Source: Podarcis melisellensis
Taxonomy: Eukaryota
DNA: 64,000 nucleotides
Reading direction: 5' to 3' (one strand)
Assembly: GCA_964234715.1 (NCBI GenBank)
Contig: OZ174276.1
The notes under the pieces are model-generated. The model was not told where the DNA came from and searched no databases. It saw only the letters and a list, made by a program, of their open reading frames with translations. The translations under genes and the position numbers were made by a program. Below, in pieces: positions 1-12,162 of the stretch; within the stretch, counting starts at the first letter, position 1; each line of letters begins with the position of its first letter.

Positions 1-770
1 TTTTCAGAGTAGACCTGTTGAACTTAATGGACATTACTAACAGGGGAGGAATTCATTGTCGTATGAAGGATGTTGTTCTGCCAGCACTAGCGTTTTCTGC
101 TTGTCTTATGGAATGAACTCCCCTCTTCTCCCACGACATGCTGTTCTTAGTGTTCTCCCGCCCCCCCCAGAGCAGCTTTGGGTGGGGTCCCATTGCTTTA
201 GTGGGAGTCATTGTTCTGACTTCTGCCAGTAGTATGGAATAGTTGACACTGACCTAGGTTTAATAATTTCAATTGGTCTACTTTGAGTATTACTAGGCTT
301 GGCTACAACTCAGGGTTTGAAATTTAAAGGAAAACAAACACACAAAAATATGTTTATATTTATTACATATTCATGCACACTTCTGAGGGATAGTGATCTA
401 CAAAATGTTAATCACAACTTTGAAACTGCAGAGTTTGACTGTTTTATGTGTAACTAATGAATTTTATGAAATAATGGATTTTTACAAATGGGGGGAAAAC
501 ATTAGAAATTTTTTCTACCTTGCATCACTGATAAGTGCTTCAAAAGGTATCTATCTTGAATGTCCGAAGCATTTCAAGAACTCATACAGTATGGACATGT
601 TCTTGGAAGAGGCAGGCAAGTCAAGGTCCTTTCCTGCAGGAGGCTTGCCACAATTTGTGTATTTGAATTAATATTTAGGTGTTTCTGAATTTCTGCTTGA
701 ACCAGCTCTGCTGATGTACTCCTCTATGAAGAATGTCTCTGTTTTCAAGCCTAATTCTACCTGCCTGATT

Positions 771-858
771 CCAGGCTGAGGTAGTAGTTTGTACAGTTTG
801 AGGGTCTATGATACCACCCGGTACAGGAGATAACTGTACAGGCCACTGCCTTGCCTGG
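771..858 (+). ncRNA. MIRLET7G: pre-miRNA let-7g (mature 5p 777-798; 3p 834-854), intronic in WDR82
   Basis: TGAGGTAGTAGTTTGTACAGTT at 777-798 is mature let-7g. The 3p arm CTGTACAGGCCACTGCCTTGC lies at 834-854, and CCAGGC/GCCTGG close the stem. The WDR82 intron is the known host. Confidence 0.98.
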
Positions 859-1876
859 GACAGAGCTTTATCTGCTAAAACAAGGCGCTTCCTCCCTGCG
901 TTCGTTTGGTGCCAGGTAACTGTTGCTACTTAAAGACCACCAGTCTCTCTCAAATGTGTGTGTGTTTAAACAATAGATTCAGGAATTTAAAAAACCTGCA
1001 TTGCAGTGTGCATGGTAGAGAGTTGGCTCTTCAGACTAGCATGTCTGTCCTGGGCATTCATTTTTGGCTTGCAAAATTGTTCTTCAAAATGTGGCTACGT
1101 CCCTCTGCATGTTCTTATCAGTTTCACTGGAAAATACTTAAGCACATTATTTTTCATGCGATTAAAAGGCTGCAAAATGTGTGGGTTCTGCATCCTTACT
1201 TTCCACTTGGGAGTTGAAATTCTCATCTTATTTGCTCTCCCACTATAGTTTGTCTTTTGAAGAAGCTGACTTATTTACATCAACATTTATAAATATAACG
1301 TTGAGTAAAGACTGAGAAATAATTTTACAAGATTAGTTTTATCTGCTGTATAACTTAACTGTAACTGGAGTACAAACCAAAAAAGTATGTTGAAAATACT
1401 GATTGAGAAATACTGCAAATATAATGCAAGTGATCAATCTCAATGTTCTATTCGTGTTTATATACATATTTAAGTATTGCTATTTAGTTGTCTTTTACTT
1501 GTTTACTTCTGTTCGTTTCTTTTTATCCAGAAGTAGTTTTCAGAGTTCAGTATCCCAGAATTCTCATTTTAACTGCAGTTGTTGAGCTGAGGTGGTTGGC
1601 ACTTGGATAAGGTTTACATGACTGCTAAATTCTTAACACAGCTAAAAGTTAAACAAACTGCAGGTAGAGAAATGGTTATATTTTTAGACAGAAAGTACTG
1701 TACTATTTTTCTGAGGCTATGCCAGAAGACTGTACTTCATGGCTTCAATTTTAACCCACACAGTAACTGTGTTTCACGAAAAATAACTGTCTCTATTGAA
1801 ATAAACAAACTGTTATTACTGGCCAGGTGATGCAGGGTTGCTGTATAATATTGTTTGCCTTGTTGATTTCTTGTAG

Positions 1877-1943
1877 ATACAATCAGATACCTCTCTCTGC
1901 ACGACAATAAATACATCAGATACTTCCCAGGACATAGCAAAAG
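1877..1943 (+). CDS. WDR82: WDR82 coding exon 3 (67 nt): DTIRYLSLHDNKYIRYFPGHSKR
   Basis: ag|AT...AG|gtaag boundaries; translation matches WDR82 WD40 repeat. Exons 1-2 lie upstream of the window. Confidence 0.96.
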
Positions 1944-2087
1944 GTAAGATGAGTAGTGCACTCGTAATTTTGCTGGTAAAGAAGCAGGAATAACGGTGCA
2001 TTTTGTTGAATTTTAATCTTGTTTAAATTGGCAAGAATGAAAGATGAAAACATAGTTTTGTGTCATTTATTTTTATCTCACCTTCAG

Positions 2088-2187
2088 AGTTGTTGCTCTG
2101 TCCATGTCTCCAGTGGATGATACCTTTATTTCTGGGTCGCTTGATAAGACCATCAGACTTTGGGATCTTCGATCTCCAAATTGCCAG
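2088..2187 (+). CDS. WDR82: WDR82 exon 4 (100 nt): [33 protein letters not shown]
   Basis: ttcag|A...CAG|gtatt; phase continuous with exon 3. Confidence 0.97.
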
Positions 2188-3032
2188 GTATTGAGTATTG
2201 GTTAATGGGTAGTCGCCATAAGGTGCACTGGAGGGCTGCTTCAGAATGTAGAATAGACTGTAGAGCATAGTATTCAATTCCACTAAAAGATGGTGTGTTA
2301 CCAAAGGAATTACAAGCCTATAAATCTGTTCTGTGCATCAGTTTGAGCCTTTTCTCTAATACTAATTGCCAGAATTTGTGGTGGTTCAGCATTGGAATCA
2401 CAACTGGGGAGGGAAATGTTCACCTCCCCATGTGTTGTGGTCCCAAAGAACATTCTCCATCCATGCACACAGTTCTTAGTGACATTTTTAAACCTTATGC
2501 ATGGTTGTTACCCACACAATTATCGCAAATATTCAGCCTTTGGGTATGTATCCAGTTTCTTCCTCAAAAGCTGCAACTCTGGGATGAAGAGAATTATTCT
2601 ATTGATGAAGAGCAAGGTAGATGTAGGAAGCACTGGAATCTGATTGGATATCTGTTACATTATTTGATTTCTAAATATATCAAGGACACAAATAAACATT
2701 AATTTGTAACTTTGATTGATATCTTAGCCTTTGATTTAGTAAATAAGGACCAGCTGTGGCACACAAATTCGCCAGTACTAATATTGACAAAAGGTTACTG
2801 TGACTTGTACAGACTCTGCATTAGAACACTCCCCTGCAATTAAGAGTATGCATTAATGATGTTTTAATATAAGCAGTTTCGATAAAAACGGGTAAAGGAG
2901 AGCTATAGTTTGGTCCCACTTTTAATTTTTTGCATAAACAACATTGTTGCAGAAATGTCTGCTTTGGTGGAATGAAAGATTTCAGCTCTGCTTTATGCCA
3001 ATAACCTAGCATTGTTATCATGAAATAAGATA

Positions 3033-3261
3033 CAGTGCTACCTCAGGTTAAGTACTTAATTCGTTCCGGAGGTCCGTACTTAACCTGAAACTGTTCTTAA
3101 TCTGAAGTACCACTTTAGCTAATAGGGCCTCCTGCCACTGCCACCGCGCCACCAGAGCCCGATTTCTGTTCTTATCCTGAAGCAAAGTTCTTAACCTGAA
3201 GCACTATTTCAGGCTTAGTGCAGTGTGTAACCTGAAGCGTATGTAACCCGAGGTACCACTG
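3033..3261. mobile_element. Tc1/mariner (Tigger-like) MITE, family A
   Basis: TIRs CAGTGCTACCTC...GAGGTACCACTG; TA target duplication. Confidence 0.85.
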
Positions 3262-3665
3262 TAGGCTTAACTAACATTGTCTAAATTTGAATCACTGTAG
3301 GAAGTAATCAAGCACTCTTAGGTTATGTTTGCTTAAATATCCCAAAAATGTAAATGGCTGCTTGATGGCCAAATGTGTAAACACAAACAGGCATTTAGAT
3401 ACCTGCGACCTTTTTCTTGGTGAAACGTTAACTGGGAAATTTCAGATATCTGCTGTCAAAACATCTGTTCAGATTCAAAAGCAAATAGTTCCTATTTTGA
3501 GTGTTTTCTCTGCCAAGGCTTTAGCGCAATTATTATTTGAGGCTGAGCTTTGGGGAGGAGTAAAATCAGAACTATAATTAAATAAATTTTAAACAAAGAT
3601 CTTAGGACTCCCTATATGAACACCATCAATTCTTCTTAGATCCAACTGTAGCTTATCTTTTGTAG

Positions 3666-3710
3666 CTGGACCTAACGGTCAGGGGTCCCTTTACTTTTAC
3701 CTTTACCTTT
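3666..3710 (+). mobile_element. Sauria SINE 3' tail fragment
   Basis: CTGGACCTAACGGTCAGGGGTCCCTTTAC...(ACCTTT)n. Confidence 0.65.
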
Positions 3711-3766
3711 AAACAAAATGAATATGTCTTAACTAAATTGTATTCATTGGAACACCTAAGGGTCAG

Positions 3767-4202
3767 TGTCAGATGGCAAGGGTGGCTGCTCACGAGTAAG
3801 CAGGCAGGACTCCGACCAGTCTTTTACAGGTTTTATTTTGGTGCAAACTATTTACAGTGCAGATACCCAAAGTTCATGTCTGCCTCAATCGCTAGCAGAA
3901 TCTGGGAGTGCCTGTTTCCTGGACCTCCTCCAGCATAAAAGCCAGCCTTTTCCGTCCCTCTTTGCGCTTTAGACTTCTGCGCAGGGTGGGCAACAGAGGG
4001 GGCGTGCTTCCCTCCTGGCCGGCTTTGCCAGACGTGGTGCTGAGGCTCCCACCAGCATCCTCTGGTCCTTTCACCTCTTCCCCACTGGAGGTGGGGTTTT
4101 CCTCATCACTGGAAGAACTGCTTCGCAAGATTTTTGGAGGCTCCCTGTAACACAACTGCCCCTCTTGTTTCCCGCCCCTGTTCTGATGGCAGTTCCCTGA
4201 CA
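3767..4202 (-). mobile_element. Solo LTR (probably Gypsy-type)
   Basis: TGTCAG...CTGACA termini; 5-bp TSD GTCAG at 3762-3766 and 4203-4207; AATAAA on minus strand near 3832. Confidence 0.8.
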
Positions 4203-4850
4203 GTCAGGTACAGAGTTGTCAAAAAACCAAGTAAACTGTAATTTAGCTATTGTTTATGATGTCCAGAAAAATGGTGTAATTTATAATATGTTTCTCATAA
4301 GATTATGCCAAGGGACATTACCTATAAATACTAACTTTCCTTGGTTCTTCACGGAGCTTAGACTCAAGTAATGCCACCCATATATATTGAATGGAGTTTT
4401 ACAGGTATCTGTGGCACCAATGAAAATGTGGGTTTGGCTGTAATCATATAGAAAACATAATTCACAACTAAGGTTTTTCAATTATATGTTGAACCATGGA
4501 AATTTTAAATAATCTCTTAACAGTGTTGTGATAGAGCAATACTAGATATTGTGATATAATTGTTAATACATAGTTTTATATTTATATGCTGGCATTGCTT
4601 GCCACAGAAGTTAGGAAACTACATGCATACCTGTTAGTGATTCATCTTTGTTAATGATTCACATTTAATCATTCCAACTCAGTATTCTGGTTTAGAAATA
4701 TAGTGGGCATAAATTCTATTATTATTATGTTATTATTATTAAATAATGTGTAATGTATATGCATTCTTGCTTGTATTGTGATTTAACAGTAATAGAAATA
4801 ACACATTTTGTTTTATGTGGAGTAATTTATTTTAATTTCCCAAATTATAG

Positions 4851-4967
4851 GGCTTGATGCATCCTCAAGGGAAGCCTGTGTGTTCATTTGATCCAGAGGG
4901 GCTGATTTTTGCAGCTGGGGTCAATTCCGAAATGGTGAAGCTTTATGATCTTCGCTCATTTGATAAG
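4851..4967 (+). CDS. WDR82: WDR82 exon 5 (117 nt): [39 protein letters not shown]
   Basis: tatag|GGC...AAG|gtatgt. Confidence 0.97.
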
Positions 4968-5367
4968 GTATGTAATGTTCAGGTGCATTTGAGATTGTAA
5001 ACATTCCCAAGAGATCTCTATAAACATGTCTGTAACGGGCAGAATTCCTGTGATTCAGATATAATGCATTTAACTCTAGAAAACTATAGTCATACTCTAG
5101 ATCTATTAAAGTAAAACGTAATTTTTGTTAAGTGGTCCTGAGTTTTCATTCATGTTGGAAGAATGCCGTATCTGATCAGGGTCTATCTAGACCAGCATTC
5201 TTTTCCAGCGTCCCAGTGACCAAGAGATGCTCACTGGCTCCCTTCAGTCTTCTCACAACAAAAATAATTCTGTATGACTGTGTTTGTGCAAGTTCATGTT
5301 AACTTTCATAAATAGAATGATTGAGATGGTTCCGCTATATGCCCTCATTTGGTTTTCTTTCTTGAAG

Positions 5368-5523
5368 GGTCCATTTGCTACCTTTAAGATGCAGTATGAC
5401 CGAACCTGTGAGTGGACTGGTTTGAAGTTCAGCAGTGATGGTAAACTTGTTCTTATATCAACCAATGGAGGGTTCATACGACTCATAGATGCCTTTAAAG
5501 GAGCTGTTCTTCATACATTTGCG
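5368..5523 (+). CDS. WDR82: WDR82 exon 6 (156 nt): [52 protein letters not shown]
   Basis: gaag|GGT...GCG|gtgagg; lies inside track ORF 5284-5586. Confidence 0.97.
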
Positions 5524-5592
5524 GTGAGGCTGCTTTCCTTACTTTCTGGGGTGCTCTCTGTCTTAAACTTCCTTAGTTATAGGTGAAATGTA

Positions 5593-6098
5593 CTGTATTT
5601 TTCGCTCCATAAGACACACTTTTTTCCTCCTAAAAAGTAAAGGGAAATGTGTGTGCATCTTATGGAGCGAATGCAGGCTGCGCGGCTATCTCTGAAGCCA
5701 GCACAGCAAGAGGGAGAGCTGCGCAGCACCTGTTGTGCTGCCTTTCCAGCGAAGCGGGAGGAGGTACAGAAGGGAGCCCTTACGGAGCCCCTTCCGTCCC
5801 TAATCCTGCTTTGCTGGGAAGGCAGCACAACAAGAGGCGCTGCGCAGCTCTTCCTCTTGCTGTGCTGGCTTCAGAGATAGCTGCGCAGCTTGCCCTGGTT
5901 TTCAGGGAGGTGGGAGAAGGGACAGAGGGGAGTCCATCAGTCCCTTTTTCTACTTCCCGAAAAAGCCAGCAAGAGCCACTCTATCTTTAAAGAGCCGTGC
6001 CGAGCGAGCGTGTCTCTTGCTGGCTTTTCTTGTTTTTCTTCTCTAAAAACTAGGTGCGTCTTATGGTCGGGTGTGTCTTATAGAGCAAAAAAATATGG
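5593..6098. mobile_element. Family B element (opposite orientation, different GC-rich interior)
   Basis: TIRs CTGTATTTTTCGCTCCATAAGAC / GTCTTATAGAGCAAAAAAATATGG; TA flanks. Confidence 0.85.
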
Positions 6099-7074
6099 TA
6101 TTGCACAGATCCACTAGTATTGTTTTAAAGATTTCTCAGCTGTTCATCTTTCAACAATCATTCTGTCTAAATGCTTATGCTACAGATATTTTTAGGAGGC
6201 ACTATCAGGCGCTTCTTCCATAAACCTATTACTGTTTGGTGGAAATCAGGGTTCAGTATCGCAGCCCAGCAGACAAGGCTTAAACCAATAAGAGTGACAA
6301 GTGAGTCAATAGTGCAACTGAAACAGTAATTTATTAAGCAGACTACCCAATGCAAGTGTAATAGATAAAGAAAACAGATAAAGCATGAATTCTTTACATA
6401 ACAGTACTTGGTATTGCATTGCAACGTCCTCCTACAGTCCTCTTGTTCATCTACTTAAGACGTGATTATTCTAAGTTCCATAGTAGTTCATAATTAACAG
6501 TGGCCATCAATATCAATGGATCTCATGGTCCTTTCTCTATCCTTTGAGAGACAAAGTAAGCCTACCCTACTCCTGTCCTTTATAAGTTTTTATATTGATC
6601 TCAATTTTTCCCACCCACTTTGTTTACCCAGTTTTCTCCTGTAATGTCATCTTAGCTTCTCTCATTTAGTGGCTTCATCATTCGCCAAGCCACCAGACAA
6701 GACCTTCCTCATTCTCTTATCAGCCCAAGGTGTTGCACATGCTGCTTCTGTGTGACACAGGTTATGCTGAGCCAAACTTTTTTACTGCAGTAGTTCATTA
6801 GGGCCCAGTAGTTCTCTAGGTCTGGCAGGATTAGATTGTCAGCACATCAGTTTCTTTTATTAATATCCCTTTAATTTCAAGTATACTTCAAATATTTACA
6901 GTTTCTGCGTAATTGCCATTTACTTCCCAAAATCTTCAATCACTCTTTCTAACCCAGGTAACTAAAGGATTTCATGTGTATCATCTTCTGGACTCTAGTG
7001 GATTCTTGCTTCTTAGCATGAGGCATTGACTTGCTTTTCTTGCCTCCAAACTCACTTTTCCTTTTTCTTTGCAG

Positions 7075-7144
7075 GGATTTAACAACACAAAAGCTGTTAC
7101 ACTGGAAGCTTCATTCACCCCAGACTCTCAGTTTATAATGATTG
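7075..7144 (+). CDS. WDR82: WDR82 exon 7 (70 nt): [24 protein letters not shown]
   Basis: polypyrimidine tract + gcag|GGA...ATTG|gtaag. Confidence 0.96.
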
Positions 7145-7372
7145 GTAAGAGAGCCTCACTCCTTTATGTAACTGGGGAACACCAAGTTTGAAAAGTAATT
7201 TCAGTGTCACTTCCAATGCAGCCTATGGCCTGAAAAGATTTCTGCCCTTCTGGGGTGTATCTGGCTGTTTTGTATATATTAGCTGTGCCATCAGTTGAAA
7301 ATCAGTTGGGTTACTTAATTAATTGGTCTCCTGTTGGTGCTTCATACTAATATTGCATAATCCAATTTACAG

Positions 7373-7515
7373 GATCAGAGGATGGGAAGATCCACGTCTG
7401 GAATGGAGAGACTGGAATGAAAGTAGCAGTGCTAGATGGGAAGCACACAGGCCCTATTACCTGTTTACAGTTCAACCCAAGATTTATGACCTTTGCCAGT
7501 GCATGCTCCAATATG
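7373..7515 (+). CDS. WDR82: WDR82 exon 8 (143 nt): [47 protein letters not shown]
   Basis: tacag|GA...ATG|gtaagg. Confidence 0.97.
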
Positions 7516-7904
7516 GTAAGGAGCCAATATGTTTCTACAGAACCCCAGCCAAATTGAATATGTGCATGCTTCGGACAAATGGGCACTCCTTATGGGTGTT
7601 TGAAAGTGAGTACAGCTTTTTGTAGGGATGAGGACCTTGTCAAAGCAGAGTTGATTGCAGAGAAATATACTTGCATTCAAGCCCCCTGCAGGGGAAGGTC
7701 AGGGACCCTGTGTGTGCATACGATGCTGTGAGGCTTTTGTGTGCACTCCTGTCCCCTTAACATACTTACAGAAGAGTGCACTTCAAAATGCACATGGACT
7801 ATGTAAGCAGGAAGTATAAACTCTCAATTTATATTGAACAGTTCTTTGTAATTAGAAAATTGGCAGACATACTAGAATCACACTGATTTTGTTTCTTCTT
7901 TCAG

Positions 7905-7934
7905 GCCTTTTGGTTACCCACTATAGATGACTAA
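7905..7934 (+). CDS. WDR82: WDR82 last coding exon: AFWLPTIDD*
   Basis: tttcag|GCC TTT TGG TTA CCC ACT ATA GAT GAC TAA; characteristic WDR82 C-terminus. Confidence 0.96.
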   Translation, partial: AFWLPTIDD

Positions 7935-10060
7935 TTCTGGATTCATCTTTTCCATTGGACAGTTTTCAAATTGTACTGACAGCAACGTATTTGTGAAGAC
8001 TGTAATAGAAGTACTGGGATTACATCGCAGACTTGAATGCTCCCATGCAGCACATCCTGTTTATATTTTGGTATGCCAGGCTCTTTGCTGCATCCCTTCA
8101 AAAGGATTTTTTCATTTGGCTGCGCACCTACCAGTTCAGGAACTTGAGATCCTAGCAAGTATCGTCCCGAATTGTAGCAGAGCTTTGGTTCAATATTGGC
8201 ACAGCAAATACATGTTGATACATCAGTCCCTTTTGTTTTTAAGTGAGGGTTATCAATTGTCAGCTCCTAGGATTCTGGGCTTGTTTAAAAACAAACTTTC
8301 CAGAATGTTTTCTCTGTTCTGAAATATCAACAGTAAATACACCCTGCACTCCTTAAGTGCTTCTCTGTGCCACATAAATCTTTGTGCCATATATACAGCA
8401 ACTACCCCATTCTTGGAGAAAGCTTCTTATGCTACTAATACTCCCATGAGACTTTATAGACATTTTGGATTCCTTGACATGGCAGTGTCGAGGACATGCA
8501 GGGACTTGGCGTGGATGATCCTAAGCAATAAAGAAGTTTTCAGCTGTAAAATGCATTTCAAAACAGACTGGATGGAAATGCATTCTCTGTACCCCTTCTT
8601 TCAGTGTAATTGCAACTGATTATGTAAATATGGGGAGGGGGTGGGTGGAGCATATTTTTTTACTTTTAGATATTAAAAAGTAACATTTGGACCAATACAG
8701 TATTGTGGAATTAGTCTTGGTTCTTCACCTGCCTTTCACACATCGGTCTTCCTGTTCTCCATACTTCCATTCCATTCCTCCAAGGCACAGCTTGTACTGC
8801 CCCCTTCCCTAAATATTTCCACCCATTGTGAATGGGGTCATTCTGTTAGTGCAAATTTAGTTAACTCTGTCAAACTAATTTGATGGAACCGCAGAATTTC
8901 CAGTTTGTTTCCAGCTTGTTTGCTTTCTTGGCCTGTGAGTCCTTTTGCTGAAGAAGAAAGGGACATGTAAGTAAGCATGTCATGTGGCAACAGGAAATGA
9001 AATCAAGGTCAGCTGTTCTATTATAGTGATGTGCATCTGGGACCGACTGCTTTGTAGTCTTCACTACCAAGTACTTGAAACTAGTGCCTGCACATTTCAA
9101 TAATTATCATCCAAGTAAGCACAATTTCAGTGCTTCATGCTGTAGTGATTTTGAACTCCCATGAAACCCTCACTCTTAAAGCCACTAGCATTTTGATACG
9201 GAACCATGTTTCCTTTGGCTATGTCCTGGCTTTGCTAAGTGTTGTTCACACCTTTGGAGAACTTTCTTCTGCATTTAGAACATGCTCTGGTGGTACATGT
9301 TACAGTACTGCATCCCAGGCATTCTCTACATCCTCCACAAAGAGCTGCTGCGCAGGAGCCGTGCTGAGGAATGTAACATTTTAAGTTTGAGCTGCTGGGG
9401 TAGATAACTCCAATTGCCTTATTGTTAACTAAATTGCATGGGTTTTTGTTGTGTCTGTTTCCAGCGGTTGCTCACTCTGCAGAGATAATGGCTGGATCTC
9501 TCCTGAGCCTGCCAAAGTTCAAGGATGCAGGTAGCCGCAGCTCAGGGATTTGCCTCAACTGCATCAGTACACAACCTCCTGGCTGCTTCTGTTTTAATTC
9601 ACAGTATGGCAGCACTAGCAGGACTGTCAGATGCAGTGTTGAGATCCAGGGGCAGCACTGTTACATCAATTATGTCCTTGGCAGTAATTCATTTGCATGG
9701 TGCTGCACTGAGCTGCATGTTCTTTTCTACGAGCAGTTCAGTTAATTTTTTTAATCATAAAATCTTGCCCACTCTGCTACAAAAAGTCAATGAGTGCTTT
9801 AATTTTTACCTTGAGTAAGCTGCTACTCTACTGAAGCTGGTTCTCAGTAGGCAGTGGAGTGTATGTGTACTGCATTTACTTTTGCCGGGAGCTAGTTTTG
9901 ATCAAACCATTTTTTAAAGAAAAGCACTGTTTGCAAATGAACTCATATTTGTTAACTGTATTATGTATCCTAAGTTACATGTTGCATTTTGTAAACCTGT
10001 ATTTGCAGACTTTACAGATACGTTAAAGTCAAGAATAAATTGCAGTATTAAGACAAAAGG
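7935..10060 (+). other. WDR82: WDR82 3'UTR (approximate); candidate poly(A) signals AATAAA at 8527-8532 and 10034-10039
   Basis: About 2.1 kb with no recognisable repeats after the stop codon, U-rich near 9900-10050. The real 3' end cannot be fixed from sequence alone. Confidence 0.55.
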
Positions 10061-10407
10061 AGCACTGCTGTCCTCCATTAACTTTGCCACGTAGTGTTCC
10101 CACCATGTATGCAATGGATGTTTCTTGGCTACAGTATTTCTTCACTCTTGAACATACTGTATCCTTCCAGCAAAGTGTGCAAGTCATCAATTTTTCCAGA
10201 GTTACCGAAATAGATGCATCTTCTGAAGCAGTTGCTAGATGTTAAGATAAAGATTTTATGAAGATCTACTGTACTGCCAGGAGGTAAGATTCTAAGGCCT
10301 GTTCAGTTATGAAAGTGACCCTCAAACCTCTTACCTATTTTTTTTTACATAGGTTTATTGGCCCTAAGTGTTTTACACCAAGGAAGGGGAACCTTATCCC
10401 TGGGTGG

Positions 10408-10549
10408 CAGTGGCGTAGCGTGGGTTGTCAGCACCCGGGGCAAGTAATTTGCGCCCCCTAACCCATGGATTTGCGCCCTCTAATCCTAACCCCCAGATGT
10501 TGCGGCCGGTGCGGCCGGCCCCCCCTGCACCCCCCACGCTACGCCACTG
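10408..10549. mobile_element. hAT MITE nested in an older hAT-like element (about 10379-10828)
   Basis: TIR CAGTGGCGTAGCGTGGG / CCCACGCTACGCCACTG; 8-bp TSD CTGGGTGG. Confidence 0.88.
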
Positions 10550-11603
10550 CTGGGTGGCCAAATGTGGCCTTCTAGTTCACACAACTTCACTAGAGCCCAG
10601 CCTCCACCATGTCCCCAAGTGATGTTATCTGTCTGCAATGTGTTCTTGATCTGTCTTACTTGCCTAGATGGAAGACTGAGGGTTGTGCAGCTAATAAAAA
10701 CCAGACTGCAACGTAGAATAATATATAAAGGGAAGAGTCACAACTGCTGCTCTGACCTATTTAAAACCCCCATAAAGTTGCCCATGAGTGAATGTGGCCC
10801 GTGGACTGAAAAAGTTTTCCCCACCTGTGTGCAGATAGTCTATTAGAGAAATGGGAGCACTGTTGGTCAAACAATTCTGGGCAAAAACTTGGGTAATTTG
10901 TTTCTGCTTCTATTCTATAAAAATACATGTAGTTTGGTTTTAGACTTTTATAGCATGTAGGTGTATGGTAGACTATGTGTTCAGCTTTAATAATATGTAT
11001 GCCTGTTTGCTTACTCTTCCATCTGGACTCATTTTTTAAAAATATCTGTTAAGTGGTTCCATATGCAAGCTACTGTCTTAGTGCTTACAACTTACCATTG
11101 CCCGTTTAACTCTCAGCTTCATAGCTCTATAGAGTATTGCCCATTTCAAAAGAGATAAATGAGGATGCATTAGGAATTATAGTTTTAATCAAAGAATGAA
11201 CTTCACTGGGTATGTGAGCTAAGGCTGCAGTCTCATGCAGAAACAAATCCCATTAAAACCTGACTGGCTTCTCTAACAAGGAACAGAATGTGTGTAAAGT
11301 TGTCATGAAATGCTAAATACAGTGTTTGTACAAAAATATATTGTAGGTTGATTTTACTGTTAAACCATGTATGCTGTTTGAAGAGAGTATTGTACCTGTA
11401 GGAGACAAGACTGTCTCTGGTCATCTCCTTCTGCCCCCTTCAGTTTTCCTTTTCTAAATGGCACTCAAAATTGTAGGGTTTTAGAAGCTACTGAGTAGTT
11501 TGGCCCTCATTGGCCCATACTGATGGTTTGTTATTTTTAAAATAATGTTCTGTCTTCTAGGTATGCTGGTTAGAGGGGAGGTAGCAATATGCTTTAGTTA
11601 ACC

Positions 11604-11786
11604 TGGGGGTAGTCAACCTTTTTATACCTACCGCCCACTAATGCATCTTTCTTGATGGTCAAATTTCCTTACCGTCTACCAGTGCTTGATGGAAGGATCC
11701 AGCTTGTGCCGTAGAACCCCCTACTGCCCACCTAGAATCCTGAAACGCCCACTAGTGAGCGGTAGGGACCAGGTTGACAACCCCTG
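11604..11786. mobile_element. hAT (Charlie-like) MITE
   Basis: GGGGTAGTCAACC / GGTTGACAACCCC TIRs; TSD AGTTAACC/GGTTAACC. Confidence 0.75.
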
Positions 11787-12115
11787 GGTTAACCTATCTG
11801 GCTTGGATTTGCATTGAGATGGATGTGCCATGAAGAATTGTTCTGAGGCATAGTGAGGATTTTACACGTTACCATAGCAACCCCATCCCATGTTAGCTAG
11901 GGCTGTTTCATACACAGAACATATTAAAGTTTCTGATGGAAAACCCATTTACCACCAATGGAAAAAGCAGGATGCAATCGTATGAGACAGACCAGCTGAT
12001 TCTGTTTATCTCTTTAGTTAAAACAGAAATAATTAAATACATTATGCAGTTAGATTGATTCTCAATTTGGTGTTTTTTATGCTGAACTTTACTGCAGGGT
12101 ATATCTGTCAACTTG

Positions 12116-12162
12116 AATAAAGTTGTACCATTTATTTTAAAATAAAAACTAGATATTTTATT
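12116..12162. terminator. Cluster of poly(A) signals on both strands between convergent WDR82 and PPM1M
   Basis: AATAAA (+) at 12116 and 12141; TTTATT (AATAAA on -) at 12131 and 12157, and again at 12245. Confidence 0.5.

Noticed and set aside
6180-6765. Possible additional solo LTR (similar candidates near 30950-31300 and 36950-37325)
   Set aside because: LTR-like composition, but I could not establish matching termini and a TSD by eye.
11578-11584. let-7 seed match (CTACCTC) on the PPM1M strand, suggesting a local let-7g/PPM1M loop
   Set aside because: It lies downstream of the likely PPM1M poly(A) signals, and a single 7-mer is expected by chance.
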